From the NCBI RefSeq assembly GCF_001447785.1, contig NW_015159726.1, positions 211,988 to 275,987 of the forward strand: DNA of 64,000 bases. The letters are read 5' to 3'. This document shows, piece by piece, positions 61,625-64,000 of this stretch. The position numbers and the translations under genes were made by a program. The notes beneath the pieces are model-generated. The model was not told the origin of the DNA. It saw nothing but the letters and a program-made list of their open reading frames with translations, and did not search any database. Source of the stretch: Gekko japonicus. Lineage: Eukaryota. How positions within the stretch are numbered: the stretch's first letter is position 1; every line of letters starts with the position of its first letter.

Positions 61625-61752
61625 ACTCTCTGATGAAAAGAATTTGGACTCTTGAAAGCTGGTACCCTGAACATCTCGTTGGACTCTAAGGTGCTACTGG
61701 ACTTGAATCTTGCTCTTCTACTGCAGACCAACACAGCTGTCCACCTGAATCT
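61625..61752 (+). mobile_element. Penelope pLTR remnant with degenerate hammerhead
   Basis: CTGATGAA..CTCTTGAAAGCT..AAGGTGCTACTGGAC..CCACCTGAATCT. Confidence 0.6.
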
Positions 61753-62162
61753 TGATAGTAACGAGTGCCAGTTTCACACATGGGCTCGTCTCTGTAAAGC
61801 TGTTGATGCTGCAGATTTACGATGGTGGATCCATACATTGTGTACATTTCAGTGTTTTCACTACCCATGTCCCATATTTTGTCATGCAGACATGGTACAT
61901 TAACAACCATCCTTCCTTTTCGTCATGGGTTCTGGACACTGCCCACTTATGGAATTCTGGGGTCACCTGGACATGCCCTGCCCAGTCGTGGTTGTGAGCC
62001 TTAATTTTAAACAGGAGATAAAACACCAAAGAACCAAAATGAAATGTAAAAAAGAGCAATAGAATGCCAGGCAGCAAAGCCATTATTGTGGCACTAACAA
62101 CTTTCAAAAGAACCAAAACCTAGACCAGTTGCCTTGAATCTCTGTTGGTAGAAAGGCAAGAT

Positions 62163-64000
62163 TTGTTGTTGTTGTTGTTGTTCAGTCGCACAGTCGAGTC
62201 CAACTCTTCGCGACCCCATGGACCAGATCACGCCAGGCCTTCCTGTTTTCCGCCGTCCTCTCAAGTTTGCTCAATTTCATGTTCGTTGCCTCGATAACAC
62301 TGTCTAACCATCTCATCCTTTGCCGTCCCCATCTTCTTTGACCTTCAATCTTTCCCAGCATCAGGGTCTTCTCCAGTGAGTGCTCCCTTCTCATTTGGTG
62401 GCCAAAGTATTTGAGCTTCAGCTTCAGTATCTGGCATTCCAGGGAACAGTCTTCTTTGACCTTCAATCTTTCCCACTGATTTGATCTCCTTGCAGTCCAA
62501 GGGACTCTCAAGAGTCTTCTCCAGCATCATAGTTCAAAATAATCTATTCTTCGGTGCTCGGCCTTCCTTATAGTCCAACTCTCGCAGCCATACATGACTA
62601 CTGGGAATACCATTGCTTTGACCATGCGGACTTTTGTTGGCAGGGTGAATGTCTCTACTTTTTATCATGCTGTTTAGGTTCGCCATCGCTTTCCTCCCAA
62701 GGAGCAAGCGTCTTTTAATTTCATGGCTGCTGTCACAGTCTGCGGTGATCTGGGATCCCAGGAACGTGAAGTCTGTCACTACTTCCACGACTTCCCCTTC
62801 TATTTGCCAAGGAGTGATGGGGCCGGATGCCATGATCTTAGTTTTTTTGATGTTGAGCTTCAAGCCCACTTTTGCGCTCTCCTCTTTTACCCTGAGCAAG
62901 AGGCTCTTGAGGTCCTCTTCACTTTCTGCCATCAGAGTGGTATCGTCTGCATATCTGAGGTTGTTGATCTTTTCCCCAGCAATCTTAATTCCCGCTTGTG
63001 ATTCATCCAGGCCAGCATTTCGCATGATGTACTCTGCATATATATTAAATAAGCAAGGTGACAATATACATCCTTGTCGTACTCCTTTTCCTATGCTGAA
63101 CCAATCAGTTGTTCCATATCCGGTTCTAACTGTCGCTTCTTGGCCCTTATACAGGTTTCTCAAGAGACATGTGAGGTGGTCTGGTACTCCCATCTCTTTA
63201 AGGCCCTGCCATAGTTTGTTGTGATCCACACAGTCAAAAGCTTTAGCATAGTCAATGAAGCAGAAGTAGATATTTTTCTGGTACTCTCTTGCTTTCTCCA
63301 TAATCCAGCGAATGTTGGAAATTTGATCTCTAGTTCCTCTACCTCTTCGAAACCCAGCTTGTACTTCTGGTAGTTCTCTATCCACGTACTGTTGAAGCCT
63401 AGCTTGTAGGATCTTGAGCATGACCTTGCTAGCGTGTGATATGAGTGCAATTGTGCGATAGTTTGAACATTCCTTGGCATTGCCCTTCTTTGGGATTGGA
63501 ATGTATACTGACCTTTTCCAATCCTGTGGCCACTGTTGCGTTTTCCAAATTTGCTGGCAAATGGAGTGCAGAACTTTAACAGCATCCTCTTCTAAGACTT
63601 TGAATAGCTCAGCTGGGATACCATCACCTCCACTAGCTTTGTTGTTAGTAATGCTTTCTAAGGCCCATTTAACTTCACATTCCAGGATGTCTGGCTCGAG
63701 GTCAGTGATTATACCGTCGTGGTTGTCAAGGACATCGAGGTCTTTCTTGTATAGTTCTTCTGTGTATTCTTGCCATCTTTTCCTAATCTCTTCTGCTTCT
63801 GTTAGGTCCCTACCGTTTTTGTCCTTTATCATGGCCAGCTTTGCATGGAACGCTCCCTTGATTTCTCCAACTTTCTTGAAGAGATCTCTAGTCCTTCCCA
63901 TTCTATTGTTTTCTTCTATTACTTTGCACTGTTCATTCAGGAAGGCCTCCTTATCTCTCCTTGCTGTTCTCTGGAAATCTGCGTTCAGTTGGGTAAATCT
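62163..64000 (-). mobile_element. BovB (RTE) LINE, RT domain to 3' end; continues beyond window
   Basis: YRTIALISH, QAGFR, FIDYAKAFD, GVRQGCILSP, LRYADD; (CAA)n tail; one frameshift near 62650 and one TGA near 62527. Confidence 0.97.

Noticed and set aside
61686-62116. Further ANKUB1 exon
   Set aside because: Translations do not resemble ANKUB1; upstream exons probably lie beyond the window
62649-63224. 191-aa plus-strand ORF
   Set aside because: Antisense shadow of BovB RT

Overview
Squamate genomic DNA, probably gecko judging from the SINE families (Squam3-type with long middle region, Sauria, 5S-headed), with three short N gaps. Three genes lie on the minus strand in the same order as in mammals. 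WWTR1/TAZ: CpG-island promoter, candidate exon 1, first coding exon 30772-31196, and about 30 kb of the large downstream intron filling the left half of the window. COMMD2: complete, 5 exons, 600 nt, 199 aa, all GT-AG junctions read directly. ANKUB1: last coding exon only. The rest is dense with mobile elements: hAT and Harbinger MITEs with target-site duplications, a non-autonomous Helitron, Penelope-like elements carrying minimal hammerhead ribozyme motifs, BovB/RTE/RTE-X/L1/L2/CR1 LINE pieces, a deleted Gypsy provirus and two solo LTRs. Best leads: (1) an apparently chimeric SINE with a Sauria-SINE segment, GC-rich body and L2 tail; (2) a Helitron built from captured hAT-MITE pieces; (3) hammerhead motifs nearly all damaged at the same CpG; (4) a strong-Kozak ATG on a WWTR1 splice donor that could give either a 3-codon uORF or an in-frame TAZ extension; (5) a copy of the COMMD2 3'UTR in intron 4 shaped like an alternative last exon; (6) a ~165-bp direct repeat bracketing the WWTR1 5' end. 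Repeat family names come from recalled consensus features, not from a database search.
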